A stretch of 57,580 bases of DNA, counting the filler, from Sphacelaria rigidula (taxonomy: Eukaryota): the NCBI GenBank assembly GCA_964200075.2. It is 8 parts of 8 records of this genome, joined end to end, with 100 filler letters (N's around TTAATTAATTAA, not from the genome) between each part and the next. Parts side by side here need not be neighbours in the genome. Positions count along the whole stretch, not along the records: positions 7,212 to 14,321 come from CAXNAA020016432.1; positions 14,422 to 21,531 come from CAXNAA020016433.1; positions 21,632 to 28,741 come from CAXNAA020016434.1; 5 more parts are not named here. The stretch is one strand, 5' to 3'. The notes beneath the pieces were generated by a model, which was not told the DNA's origin, ran no database searches, and saw only the letters and a list, made by a program, of their open reading frames with translations. This document shows positions 12,305 to 24,417 of the stretch, piece by piece; position 1 is the first letter of the stretch, and every line of letters begins with the position of its first letter. The position numbers and the translations under genes are program-made.

Positions 12305-12850
12305 CAGTGGTGGGCGGTCCAACTGTTCGGGGGTGTTTTGGGCATCCCCTCGCGTACTACTTTTCGATAGAACTCGAAATTGCTAGCGTCGATAGATTTC
12401 GGGACAATGAACAGATCATCCTCGAACCACAGTGCCCAAGTCGGTGCCAGTTTGTGTTATCGGGCGAAACGAGTAAATACCTCGTTCATCAGGAGGGTGT
12501 TATTGACCGTGAAACACAGTTTTTTGGCCCTAGTGCAACACGTATGCGAAATTTCTGAAAAATAAAACTGTACATTTCTTCGCAAATATGATTGGAGTAG
12601 GCTCGATCGACCAAAAATACAAAAGAGTACGAATCTGGGCTGAAACATCGCCGGACCCTCGATGACCGGCCAACCCGTAAGTCAATCAAATGTGAGTGCA
12701 GATGTCTTTTTTTTCTTGGAATGTGGAGCGGATATAAATATCTTCAGGTCCTCGATGGCATAAGCAATGACAAGCGAAAAGAGTCCGAGGAAATCGCCAA
12801 TTACGAAAAAATCACAGAATGCCATATAATAGTTAGACCGCCCACTACTG
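12305..12850. mobile_element. Non-autonomous TIR element (MITE, Tc1/mariner-like), copy 2
   Basis: TA|cagtggtgggcggtccaactgt ... atagttagaccgcccactactg|TA. TIRs plus a TA target-site duplication. Confidence 0.9.
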
Positions 12851-13063
12851 TATGTGTAAAATATTTGGGCAAAGAAACGGTGCGTAGGAAATTAGAGATG
12901 TGTGTATCACCAAGAAGTGAACATAAAAATATCTTAGAGACCGATCACGAATAACATGCATTCGTTATCTTGAATTATACCTGAGGTCCTCAGGGTGTTG
13001 GTTCACTCCATCATTCTCAAAGAGCGTATTTACCCGAAGTTATTACAAGTTATATTGCCCACC

Positions 13064-13415
13064 ACCGGTCGCTCCGATGGCTCAGTTAGTAACTTCGAAA
13101 CCTCGTGACGGTTGGGTCGTGGGTTCAAATCTCCGAGTGATCTGGGATCTTTCCTCACACCATGCCAAGCAGTGGCGAGCGACCATGTCGGGTACACAAA
13201 ATTCGACCCAAGCGTCGACGAGGGGAACGGGCTGCTAAACCCTCCTCGCGATTAAAAATAAAAACAAGCACCGCAGGAGGAAGGTGGAGAACTGAAAAAA
13301 AAAAACTCCTGTGTTGACCTTCCTCCTGTGACCCCGGCTGGTGCGCCCACATATACCGGAAGGTGTAGACTGGCGTCTAGAATAGAACGGACGACAACAC
13401 GCACACACACACACA
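13064..13415 (+). mobile_element. tRNA-derived SINE, family A, with (CA)n tail
   Basis: A-box-like tggctcagttagt, B-box-like ggttcaaatc and a CA-repeat tail. Homologous to 21761-22170, 24677-25014 and 32400-32482. Confidence 0.82.
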
Positions 13416-14321
13416 TGTTCGTGTCTTCTCGCTTTGGCCTTGGTCAGGGTTCAAACATCCACCTAAACTATTTGCATCATACGACAGGATTGCGTATCTC
13501 GGATAACCTACAACTTCTCGTAGTTGGCAGTTCCAGTCTGCCGTTTATTTATTTCAAGCTATTTGTACCAATTACGTTGCATAGGTTGCCTTCTCGAGGC
13601 GTAACTATTTGCGCAAATTTTCCGGCCAACAAATGATGTGCAATCAACTGCACGAACAACTGGACCGATAGGACTGAATGTCACTGCTTCTTCGTTTGGT
13701 CGATTTCCCTGACTCCGTCGTGTCTTGGTTTTCAAGGTGGTCCGCAATAAGATGATATATTGCAGACGAAACACTTGCTCAATGTTTTGCCAGTCATTTT
13801 TTGGTCAGCAGAATAACCGCCCCTGTATTCTCCCATGTGATGACTATCGCGAGTTTTTGGCCTAGACGTAGCACACTCGGCCCCAATTCTTCGGGACGAA
13901 CTACGGCACGCAGGGGGTATCGCTGGATGTGACAACGATTGTAATAGATGACATTGGAAGACGGGTGTCATCAACGTTCTGGAGCAGAACGAGGTGGCGT
14001 GGGACGAGGGAAGGCGCACAAAAATTGCCACCCGCGCCAACGCACGGACCAGCCTCATGGTGTTAACTGGTGTTGACCGAGACTTGAAACTCCTGTGGTA
14101 CATCGCTGTTCACATCCTCAAGGCAACAAATGTCATCTCGAGATCATCAGTGTTCCGCTGCACAAAGTTTAGCGGGTTTATTATACCCTCATCAGCCGAA
14201 CACCTCGGTTGAAGTCCGATGACGTTCAAAAAATGACCCAAACATCCCACGAAGTTGATATCAATGAGCAGAGTGCTGCAGGGAACGGAGAGGTTCATGA
14301 CCTCATGGCACAGGAAGGAAG

Positions 14322-14421
14322 NNNNNNNNNNNNNNNNNNNNNNNNNNNNNNNNNNNNNNNNNNNNTTAATTAATTAANNNNNNNNNNNNNNNNNNNNNNN
14401 NNNNNNNNNNNNNNNNNNNNN
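14322..14421. other. Artificial contig-joining spacer
   Basis: N44-TTAATTAATTAA-N44. Confidence 0.98.
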
Positions 14422-14554
14422 GATCATTTGTGTCTTGGCTACAGTATGGGTAAAACGGACACCCTCGCACTGGTTGGCAGTGTGGGAGCCAGCGACATTA
14501 CGCTATTAATAAATAAGATAAGAAAACAAGAATAGTCTATGTCACAGCAGTGCA

Positions 14555-14730
14555 CGCATGAACGGGCATGGCCGGGCATGACTGGTTACCATTACCCACC
14601 ACAGGTTACTCATGACCGAGGTCATGACCGGTCATGGGTACCTGTTCGTGCCCGGTCATGTCAGGTCATGGCAGGTCACCACGTTCAGTCATGACCGCGC
14701 ATGACCGGGCATGACCGTCGCCCAATTGCA
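14555..14730. repeat. CATGAC-rich repeat block ending in gtcgcccaat (probable transposon end)
   Basis: About 12 copies of a (t/g)catgac(c) motif. Its terminal sequence is inverted relative to the block at 20890-21055. Confidence 0.55.
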
Positions 14731-15640
14731 GTGCAGTTGATCTCTCTGTCTGTCTCGTCTCAGATACTGATGTGCTGGTATCTCATTTCGCCGTCCTTCG
14801 CCTCTGCTCCACGGCCCCATCAACAACAAAATTTCCACTTCAATGTTTTCACCCAGTATACTCTTGCACATTCTGGCCCCCCAGCCCACTGGGGGCGGGG
14901 GGAGCGATATTTAACCCTAGTACATATAATATATGGCATGGAACGTCGAGAGGATTTGCTGCAAGGAGCCGAGGTTGCTCGAAGCTTGAAGAGGTTACAA
15001 ACGAACAGAGCGGCGAGAGAGCAAGCAGTGTCTAGCCCCAGCTAGCGCCCCCGTTCTTGCCGAAGCCGACTACATCGCCGCCGCCATCTTTCCTCGAACA
15101 AAAACACGCTTTGGTCGGACAGTCTATTCTGTGTGTGTAACACCGTCGGTATGCACACGAACACACACACAAAAAAACAAAGAGGAGGAGCAAACCTCCC
15201 TTCCGAAAATGAAAATGACTATTTAGCAGCAAAGACCGCGGTGGTGGCAGCTTCAGGCTCGGGTTTGATGGTATCAATCAGTACATGCGAAGCACCATCT
15301 GTTTATACAATGAGACTAGTAGACGCATGGGCGGATCTGCAGAGCAGGGTGCTACACTGCTGCTCTGCACCGGTGAACCTTTTTTTTTTCTGAGAGCATA
15401 GACTATAGTACATACGTACATGCAGCGTAGACCACAGCATGCGTCAAGGCATACGTCTACGAATGTAGGCGCTCTCCTTTCTCCCTCGCTCCCCCGCCTA
15501 GAGCTCGCCAGCAGCGCGTACTCGGCGTAGGCCTCTACTCTTTTGTCCTGACTGGTGACACCCTCCAACGCGTTCAACTCAACACATTGTACCCGGTAGG
15601 TGAGTAAACCAAACCTCGCGTTCTCGTGCATTTGTCTCAG

Positions 15641-17486
15641 ATGGGCCTGCTACAGGTGGTGTACATGCAGCCCTTGGTGTGCATGAGTCTCTTGGCGATC
15701 TTCGCTCGGGCCCAGGACCTTCACGACTGCAATGTCGTAGCTAGCCCCTTTACTGTCGGCAGCACAGAAGACGCGTCTACTCTGGCGACCTCACTCGGTT
15801 GCTCGACCGGTGCCTTCGTCGTACAGTGGGTTGGGGAAGTCTTTGTTGCAGAGACAATCCACGTCACCAACGGCACATCGCTCAGCATCACCGGCGCTGG
15901 CGCTGGATCAAGCGCTATCGCGGATGGACGCGACGCCACGCAGCTGTTCGTAGTAGACCGTGGTTCGAGCCTTCACCTCTCAGATATGACCATCGCCCAT
16001 GGGAACGCTTCTTTCGGTGGGGCCATCAACGCGCTCGAAGCTAATGTTTCCTTCAGTGGAAACGCGTCGTTCATCTCCAACGCCGCCCAAGACGGAGGTG
16101 CCATCTATGCGCACCGTTCGACGGTATTCTGGGATGGCGACGGCACCCGGTTCATGTTTAACTCCGCTGTTGGTGACCTTGGGTTTGGAGGTGCAATCTC
16201 CGCGTATGAATCGAACGTGTCCTGGAAAGGCGATAATACCCAGTTCATCTCCAACTACGCTGCATTGAAAGCAGGTGCAATCCACGCATATGAATCGATC
16301 GTGTCCTGTGATGGCGATGGAACCCTCTTCAGTAACAACTCCGCTAGTCTCAATGGAGGTGCAATCTTCGTGTTCGAATCGACCGTGTCCTGGGGTGGCG
16401 ATGACACCGTGTTCAGCTTCAACTATGTATACTCCACCTCCTCGGGCGGCAGCGGGGGTGCAATATTTGTGGCTGACGTTTCAAGCGTATTCTGGGACGG
16501 CGATGGCACCTTCTTCAACTCCAACTCCGCAAGCATCGATGGAGGTGCACTCTTCGTGGATGATGATGCGTTTGTGTCCTGGGATGGCGATGACGCACTG
16601 TTCAGCTTCAACACCGCTCTCCGGAATGGAGGGGCAATCGAAGTGGCGGACTATTCGGCCATGTCGTGGAATGGAAATAATGCTCGGTTCAACTTTAACT
16701 CCGCGTACGGCGATGGAGGAGCAATCTACGTGGATGAATCGATCGTGTACTGGGGTGGAAACCACACCATTTTCAGCCTGAATTTCGCGAATGGCAGCGG
16801 AGGCGCAATCCATGCGACCAGAAACGAAGCTGAATTGATCTGGGATGGCGACGACGCGCTCTTCAGCTCCAATTCCGCTCGTATCAATGGGGGTGCAATC
16901 GGACTGTTTGATGGGACCTTTAGGTGGAACGGCGACGGCTGGCAGTTCAACTCCAACTTCGCGAACGGCAGTGGAGGCGCAGTCTATGCTTCTACTTTTT
17001 CGAATTTGATCTGGAATGGCAATGGCATCCAGTTCACCTCCAATTCCGCTGGTGACGACGGAGGTGCGATATTCTCTACTGATGCCACGGACATCGAAAT
17101 AACGTCCTCTTCAGCTGGAAGCATAACCTTCAGCAAGAATATTGCGGGAGAAAACGGCGGAGCAATAGCGTCGGTTGGATGTTATTCCAACATGGCGCAT
17201 TTCGACGGTGGGACATTCATCGAGAACAGCGCAAGACACGGGGGAGCACTGTACTTTAGGTCTTCTATCTTGAACTTCACGCACACCATATTTCTATCTA
17301 ACTCCGCTAGTGGTGGTGGGGGTGCGGTCGTGATGAGCAGGACCACTGGAGACACTCGTGAGCTCCCCACATCAATATTCACGAGGTGCAATTTCTCGGA
17401 CAACATGAGTGAGACCGGCGGGAGTGTTGAGACCCTGGCGGGGCAGCTGAAGTTCACATCTTGTATTTTTGAGGGCAACTCGGCAG
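15641..17486 (+). CDS. Polymorphic outer membrane protein (PMP)-like receptor, exon 1: signal peptide and GGAI/FxxN beta-helix repeats
   Basis: Hydrophobic N-terminus, then about 15-17 repeats of ~30 aa with FxxN.A..GGAI motifs (e.g. FSNNSASLNGGAIFVFESTVSWGGDDT). G|gtaag donor, phase 1. Confidence 0.88.
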
Positions 17487-17675
17487 GTAAGGAGGTACAC
17501 GCAACAACTGGGGCAATGGTTTGGAGGATGGGCACAGGCTTCGTTTTTAGGACGGATCACAGTCATCGTGCCTCTATTTGGAGGTGTATGTAAGGTATAT
17601 GAGGGCTGACCGCAAAGCCCGCTAACGACAGATCAATGCTTGCACCGAAATTCCCTCGGCAACGAACCTCTCCAG

Positions 17676-17866
17676 ATCAAGGCGGAGGCATAAGACTCGT
17701 CGGCTCAACGAGTATCCATGAGTGTTCCTTCCTCTCCAACTCCGCTTCAACCCTTGGTCTCGCTGTTCTTGCGATCGGGTCTGCGAACATCAGCTACTCA
17801 TCGTTCGAACGAAACGAGCTTGTCTGCGCAGCTGGCTCGTACCTAAAAGACACAGACACCGAGAAG
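17676..17866 (+). CDS. PMP-like receptor, exon 2
   Basis: tccag| acceptor, DQGGGIRLVG...FLSNSA...CAAGSYL, AAG|gtaatg donor. Phases are consistent. Confidence 0.85.
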
Positions 17867-18287
17867 GTAATGTTGGAACATCGACAGCATATTGCCCCAC
17901 TCATTCCATTACGCTACGCTCATCGTACCACAATCATCTAATCCCCCGAAAACCGGTCCCTCGAGTACGACAATTACAACCTAATGGGAATAGATATCAA
18001 AATCTAAAGTTGATTCCGATCTTTCCATGAAATGATCCATAAATAACATGCTTTTTGCCCTTCGCTATGCTTAGTTTGACGAGCATATACACGTGTGAAC
18101 ATACTCTGCCTGCAGCATAGTATTATTTATTATTGTTGCCGACCGAACATATTTCACGCTTACTACAACCAACTACATGACAAATGACACTCCAAATTTG
18201 TTGTTTCCCCCCCAAAGCGTCCTAGCAACCCCCACACGTGAGTGAATGCGTTGACTCCCCAACCTTCTTGCTGCATGTGAAAAATAG

Positions 18288-18576
18288 GAGCGACCCACGG
18301 CGCGCTACGAAACAGTGTGTTTCGACTGTCCCGAGTGGGACGAATGTTTGGGCTGTAGTATCGCAAGGGGCAACGTCGTGTCGACATGTGAGGCGCCGTT
18401 AGAGCACACCGACGCCACCAAACCCGGCACCACTTTGGAAACCCTGAACATCGCTAGCGGCTACTGGCGCGCAACCAGCGACAGCGACAATATCCTGGCC
18501 TGCTACAATGCGGATGCTTGCAACGGGGGACAAACCGGGGCAGACGACTACTGTGCGCCAGGGTACACCGGACCAT
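18288..18576 (+). CDS. PMP-like receptor, exon 3 (Cys-rich stalk)
   Basis: CFDCPEWDECLGC...GYWR...ILACYNADAC...YCAPGYTGP. AG/GT boundaries in frame. Confidence 0.85.
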
Positions 18577-18758
18577 GTGAGGGGCGTGCTCGAAACCACG
18601 TAAACACTTGCTTATGCTCTATTTTCGGGCGACAGAGGCGGAACCCACTCGCTCGCAGTGTTGCCATTTGAAAGGCGCCGAGACAATTGCCTGCACGTTT
18701 GGTTAGTCCTCACGGCGCCCTCGTGCTCGGATGCTTCTTCGCGTAATTGTTTTCGCAG

Positions 18759-19024
18759 ACTGCGCAGTGTGCGAAGCCGACTATTCTCCGTCGCTCTCTT
18801 ACTCCTGCACGCGGTGCTCGAGCTCCAGACGCCAGGGGCTCATGGCCGCCATCGTCATTGCCGCTTTCGTGGTAGCCTGTGTGGGTGTGGTGATTGTTCG
18901 ATACTTGGTGTCGACGCCTCAGCTGGAAGAGAGGAACGTCGGGTGCTTCCACCGCAGGATACTCCGAGCGATTCCCCTCCAGGCCTTGAAGATCATCGTC
19001 GTCGTGTGGCAGATTCTAATCCAG
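18759..19024 (+). CDS. PMP-like receptor, exon 4 (end of Cys-rich region, first TM segments)
   Basis: YCAVCEADY...CTRC, then a hydrophobic helix and LKIIVVVWQI. AG/GT boundaries in frame. Confidence 0.85.
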
Positions 19025-19289
19025 GTTTGCGCTCGTACCAAGGGTACGCCATTCTATTTCTATTTTCACTTGCGACTGGGGGGGGTACGGGGTATCAATA
19101 GTTCGCAACGTGATACGGTATATCAACACAGGATGAACAGCACTACGTTGGGCCGTCTCGAGAAAGCGAAAGCGATGAGTTCCAGTGGCTTGCCGACGCC
19201 GTGTTTCAACCCAATCCTGAGCGTGTCTGCTTTCCAGCTTTTTACGGAAGCATTCCGTTTCTTGTTTCCTCGCTCTGATCCTCGCGCAG

Positions 19290-20303
19290 TTTGCGGACGC
19301 CGCCCAAGTCACGTACCCAGGGGTGTACCAAGACTTTCTCAGCGCCATCGACGTGGTCGACTTCGACCTTGGTTCTGTGCTCTCGGCCGTGTGTTTGTGG
19401 TCCAATATGGACTTCCACGACCGGCTTCTTGTCAACACCCTGGGGCCTCTGGTGGTTGTTGGACTTCTGGGGATCACGTACCGGGTCGCGATGTACAGGA
19501 GCAGCACAGCCGGTGGCGGCGCTGTGGCGGAAAAGATCCGCTACAGACACCAGACGGTTCTGCTTCTGGTGACGTTCCTGATATACTCGTCGGTGTCGTC
19601 AACGGTGTTCCAGACGTTCGCCTGCGAAATGCTTGATGATGGGGCCAAATACCTTCGGGCGGACTACAGCATTCAATGCACGGACGCCAAGCACAAGAAC
19701 TTTGAAGTCTACGCTGCAATCATGATCTTTGTATACCCTGTTGGGGTCCCTCTGCTTTACGCCATCCTCTTGTTCCAACGTCGTGACGTACTCGCTAATG
19801 CTGATGCGGACAAAACGATAGCTCAGTCGATTTCTGGTCTTTGGGAGCCGTACAGGCCCGAGCGATTCTACTACGAGGTGATCGAGTGCGGACGCCGTAT
19901 CATGCTGACAGGAGTAGTAGTCTTTATATTCCCGAGTGATGCAGCCCAGCTGGCGATTACCATGTTGTTGGCCTTCTTTTTCTTCATGGTTTTCGAAATG
20001 CTGCGCCCATACGGAGCTGAGTCTGACATGTGGCTGAGTCGTGGGGGGCACGTTGTCGTTTTCCTCAGCATGTTCTACTTGTTGCTGCAGAAGGTCGATG
20101 TTTCTGGCGAGAGGGGCGAGAGTCAGGCAGTTCATGGCGGGTTGTTGGTGGCGTGTCATGTGTTGATGGTGCTCGCAATTATTCTCGAGGTGGTTGGGGT
20201 CTGCTATGCATCCAGAGGAAATCAGCAAGTTAAACCAAAACCATCGGGTAGTCTTCCGAAGTCGGCGGCGCGCGCTGGGTCGAATGAAGCACGTTATAGT
20301 TAG
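19290..20303 (+). CDS. PMP-like receptor, exon 5 (multi-pass TM domain, stop)
   Basis: Several hydrophobic helices with the motifs FQTFAC, YLRADYSIQC, VYPVGVP and LWEPYRPERFYYEVIECGRR. The spliced CDS totals 3606 nt (1201 aa plus stop). Confidence 0.87.
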   Translation, partial: FADAAQVTYPGVYQDFLSAIDVVDFDLGSVLSAVCLWSNMDFHDRLLVNTLGPLVVVGLLGITYRVAMYRSSTAGGGAVAEKIRYRHQTVLLLVTFLIYSSVSSTVFQTFACEMLDDGAKYLRADYSIQCTDAKHKNFEVYAAIMIFVYPVGVPLLYAILLFQRRDVLANADADKTIAQSISGLWEPYRPERFYYEVIECGRRIMLTGVVVFIFPSDAAQLAITMLLAFFFFMVFEMLRPYGAESDMWLSRGGHVVVFLSMFYLLLQKVDVSGERGESQAVHGGLLVACHVLMVLAIILEVVGVCYASRGNQQVKPKPSGSLPKSAARAGSNEARYS

Positions 20304-20889
20304 AGCTTTCACCGCCGTCAGAGGTTGTTTGTAGGGGAAACTTTTAGTATCAGAGGGTACCAAATATACTCGACGCGTTGTTGGGGCTGTTGATACTGCA
20401 GGCGGCATGACGGTCACCACGTTTTTTTTTGCCGTTGGTGGAAATTCTTAGTTTATTGCAATGTTTTGTATGCGGTGCAAGGTTTCCGAGTATTTGTGGG
20501 CATAGTTGTGGAAAAATTCGGCAAAGGATGCAGCTCAGGTTCGCAGATGAGAAACGTCGAAAATGGAATTACGTTCAGTTTCGAGGTTGGCCGTGACTAC
20601 CTCCAGCGTGTGCGGCTTCTTGTGCTGCAACGTTGCCAAAAGTGGTAGTTTCAGCTGTAGCGCCCGCCCATGTAGCTCTCGATTCTTCGTACGTTCATAC
20701 AAATGGAAATGTGCGAGTGTGTGGGTGTACAAGTGGGGGTCAACGCTTGATTGTTTTTGTGCTTCCAACGCGAAGCCAACCCCGTTTTAAGCCTAGGATT
20801 AGTTGCTAATAAAGCTCGTCGTCGATTTTCAATATGTTCTACGGATTGTCCCTCGTCTTCGTACGCCAATGAGTTTTGTGTGTTTTTGT

Positions 20890-21055
20890 ACATTATTGGG
20901 CGACGTCATGATCGTGGTCATGAACGTCCATCACCGTTTATGAGCGTTCATGAACGTTCATGACCGCTTGTGACCACTCACGGCCTTTCATGATAGCTCA
21001 TGACTCAAGTTCATGACCTTTCGTAACTGGTCATACAAGTCCACGAGCGTTCAGA
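20890..21055. repeat. TCATGA-rich repeat block starting attgggcgac (probable transposon end)
   Basis: Repeated tcatga(a/c)cg motifs. Its terminus is the reverse complement of that at 14717-14726. Confidence 0.55.
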
Positions 21056-21531
21056 CTTTAACGCGGTGTCCAAGATGTAAGTAAGAATAACACCAAAATT
21101 TGTGGGTCAAAATTCAGGACACGGGGGGCCACGAGGAGCCATGTGGTAGGAAAGAGGTAAAAAAAAGGGGCAGAAAGGTTGAATTGTGCCGCCACTAAAC
21201 ACCATTCGGGATCATCGTAGGTGATCCATTTTCCGACCCGAAACATATCCCGCCGCGTACTCGGTCGCGTAGAGGAGATGGATGTGCTAGTTGTGCCCTC
21301 CTGCTCCAAGGCCGAGAGCCCATTCACGTGCCTAGAATGGCCGGTGTGTTGGTACGGAAAAAGGGCAAGATCAGAGTGTTCCACCTCGCGCACCACCTCC
21401 TGTCGCCCGCCGGTTCCGGAGGCGGAGAATCGGCCCTTACAAGGAGAAATTTGCTAATCGAGAAGTAACAACAAATTGTGAGAATTGAGGTTTAACTTCG
21501 AGATGAGGCTCAAGCCTAAAACAGTGCTTTC

Positions 21532-21631
21532 NNNNNNNNNNNNNNNNNNNNNNNNNNNNNNNNNNNNNNNNNNNNTTAATTAATTAANNNNNNNNNNNNN
21601 NNNNNNNNNNNNNNNNNNNNNNNNNNNNNNN
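21532..21631. other. Artificial contig-joining spacer
   Basis: N44-TTAATTAATTAA-N44. Confidence 0.98.
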
Positions 21632-21760
21632 TGGACATATTAGTCGTGACCGTGTTGCGGCTGTTTTTTCTTCGGGGGGATATCGCGGCATCACTCATTT
21701 GTGCATCGACATATGTCAACGATAGGGGTCGCATTCCCTAAAGTTGTGTATCACCACAAG

Positions 21761-22170
21761 CCGGTCGCCGCGGCGGTTCAGTTGGTAACCCCGAAACCTT
21801 TTAACGGTTGGGTTGTGGGTTCAATTCTCGGGCTGATCTGGGATTTTTTCTCACACAGTGCCCAAAAATGGAGATCGACTATGTCGTGGGTACACAAATT
21901 TCGACCTAACGGACGACGAGAGAAAGGGATTGCTGGACCCCACTCGAGATAAGAGAAAAAGGCAAGCACCGCAGGAGGAAGGTGGGGTACTAAAAACAAA
22001 TTAAAAAATAAAAAGCTCGTGTGTTGACCTTCCTCCTGTGTGACCCCGCTGGTGCGCCCATATGTACCGGAAGGTGTAGACCGGCGTCGAGAATAGATGA
22101 GACGACAACACACACACGCACACACACACGCACGCACGCACGCACACACGCACACACGCACACACACACA
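21761..22170 (+). mobile_element. tRNA-derived SINE, family A
   Basis: ggttcagttggta A box, ggttcaattc B box and a long (CA/CACG)n tail. Probable TSD caccacaag/caccacagg. Confidence 0.85.
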
Positions 22171-23164
22171 CCACAGGTCGCCAGCATACCAATCAAGGCT
22201 GGACTCGAAAGATGGACGACCGAACGAAGAAATCATCGTAGGTTTAGGCGTTTGTGCTGTTGCTGCGGCCGATGATTTGCGTGATGGGGGCTTGTTGTCG
22301 ATTCCTCTCCGTCGCGCGCTCGTACCTATTACTCTCTACAGGGAACGGGACGGAGGAGCGAGCGCCGCCACTAAATGGCGTGCTCTCTGACTTCGGATTT
22401 GTGAGTGGAGTCCGTTGAAATGCTTCAACTTGCATCCGAATCTTCGCGAAGATCCGCGGTAGAATTTCCCGAGTGGCGACCTGGCCGGCCCTTACGCTGT
22501 GCAAGGTTCAGGATATTCATGGATCTCCTTAGCTGACTTAATAGGATCTACGTGTGCGTTCGTGTGTTATCGCTGACGATTGTGTCACCGCATCAGATAC
22601 GGGATGCGTCTAGCGTGCGTTATGTTCAGTGGCAGAGGAATAAAAACGCGAGGGTACTCTAGTATATACTCTGTTCCATACATACCCAGGTTTCTCCCCG
22701 ACATCTGGTGGCAGGCGTTGTGGTCAAAACTACTCCAGCATCGCGATATCGTTTCATGAAGTGGTCGACGCAGCGGCGTTTTGTGGCATTTCGAGCTTGA
22801 AGAGTCGAGATTACACGAGAAAGATATCGGTGGATGTTGTGGAGAACGCGCTGAGTCAGTAAGGCAACAGTCTGCCTGTGTGTTGGTATGTTTTCCGCAA
22901 AAACCTTTCTTGCTTACCTTCTTCTGTCATACTTTAAATTCACTCACTCTTCCCGAGGACGCGTTCGTATCCATAAGGAGTCAATCCATTTCTCCAACGG
23001 TACCTCCCTTGTAGTTTATCGAGCGTTAGATCAGCGCTTCAGTATTCCACCGGCTTTCACGAAGTTTTTTGTCAACTCAAGCATTCGCACTTTCCACGAT
23101 GGAAACCACCAAAACAATCCATGCGACCGTTGGGATGAAAACCTACTTCATTTTTTTTGTTACG

Positions 23165-23457
23165 CAATCAACTTACCTCCTTCCCCGGAACTAGTCCGTG
23201 GTCTCAAGTAACCAACCCATCTCTCCTCCGGCACACGCCTGACATTTTGGGATCGCAGATGGGATCAAAACTCACCACTGCGTCGACTCTCGTCTGCAAA
23301 ACTTAATTTGCCGCTACTGCTGTCCCCACGTTTCCAACGGCAGGAGTTAGATACGCCGTAGAAAAAAACCCGGATGCATCGGCAGGGAATCGAATCCTCA
23401 ATCTTCCGTCCCGACAGGTTTCAAGTTGGTCCAGTTAGACCGCCGGGGCGCGGCGTC
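23165..23457 (-). mobile_element. tRNA-derived SINE, family B (diverged copy)
   Basis: Head gacgccgcgccccggcggtctaactgg...ggattcgattccc. The 3' body matches the other family B copies. Confidence 0.75.
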
Positions 23458-23640
23458 GCTACTTCGCCTGAACTAGCCGATGACGCACCACCTTTATCGC
23501 CAGGGCGCGTCGACCTGAAGCTGGGAGTGCCTAGAACCTCTCATGCCATACAACTCTACAGAGAGATGAAGCGGCTTTACGCGGACCCGGGGACGTCAAC
23601 CTACAGTTGAAAACGAACTGTTTTCGCCAGCTTCTAGCGC

Positions 23641-23666
23641 TAACCCGAACCCTAACCCTAACCCTA
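23641..23666. repeat. Short interstitial telomere-like repeat (CCCTAA)n
   Basis: taacccgaaccctaaccctaacccta. A similar degenerate run occurs at 33856-33873. Confidence 0.55.
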
Positions 23667-24206
23667 TCTCAAGTCATACCGAGCATGGAGAGTATATACA
23701 GTGCCCCACGCCGAGAATGCGTTGGAAGAGCTCAAATATGTACCACATTATGACCCGGGACGCGTGTTGCGCACGCTGAGCGAGCGCTTGGAACTGATTT
23801 ATGTAAAGATCAAAATATTATGATGGTGTACACTGGTACCCAGTATCGTTGGACCACGGGTTTTTGTCGCCGAGTTCGCGTTAACGCTAATGCCAGAGAT
23901 TAACTGTTTCCTGAAATATCTAGACCGCTGCACATATCCCGCGCAAAAATCCCGCAAATCGTTCCGCGATAACCACAGTTATGTGGCATGCTCCAAAATC
24001 TAACTGTACCGTACAGCTGACGTAATTGCCAACATATTGCGCTTCGTGCATACATATATACAAACTACCATGCTTGGGCAGTAGAAAGAGTACCGTACCA
24101 GCACACACGTGGACGCTCGGTTGCCGTAGCTGTGGCTGTATTCTCGTACGGTATGACGTCACACAGTCCATGCGTCAATGTGCCGCAGCAACCTCAAACA
24201 AAATTC

Positions 24207-24417
24207 CAAGGGCAGGTCGGGTAGGGTAAAACGCGATATATTGGTATTTTGAAAGAGGGGATCCGACCCATGCCCACAGCAGCAGCCAGCCAGCCAGCCC
24301 AGCGCTGTTGTTCCCCTCTCTAAAGCCCATACAGGTCATTGTGGTTGGCTTGGGCAGGTGATGTGACACATTTCAGCAGCCCAAGATATCGGGTATACCC
24401 CACCCAACCTGCCCTTG
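24207..24417. mobile_element. Small TIR element with caagggcagg termini
   Basis: caagggcaggtcgggtagggta...gatatattgg versus ccaagatatc...taccccacccaacctgcccttg. The same terminus (cgacctgcccttg) closes fragments ending at ~348 and ~3363. Confidence 0.7.

Noticed and set aside
12980..13040. Upstream NOP56 exon (LFENDGVNQHPEDL)
   Set aside because: Weak similarity, and the donor phase (2) is incompatible with the phase-0 acceptor at 11689.
15133..15393. STCEAP peptide echoing exon 3 of the PMP-like gene
   Set aside because: Only a 6-aa match with no extended similarity, probably chance.
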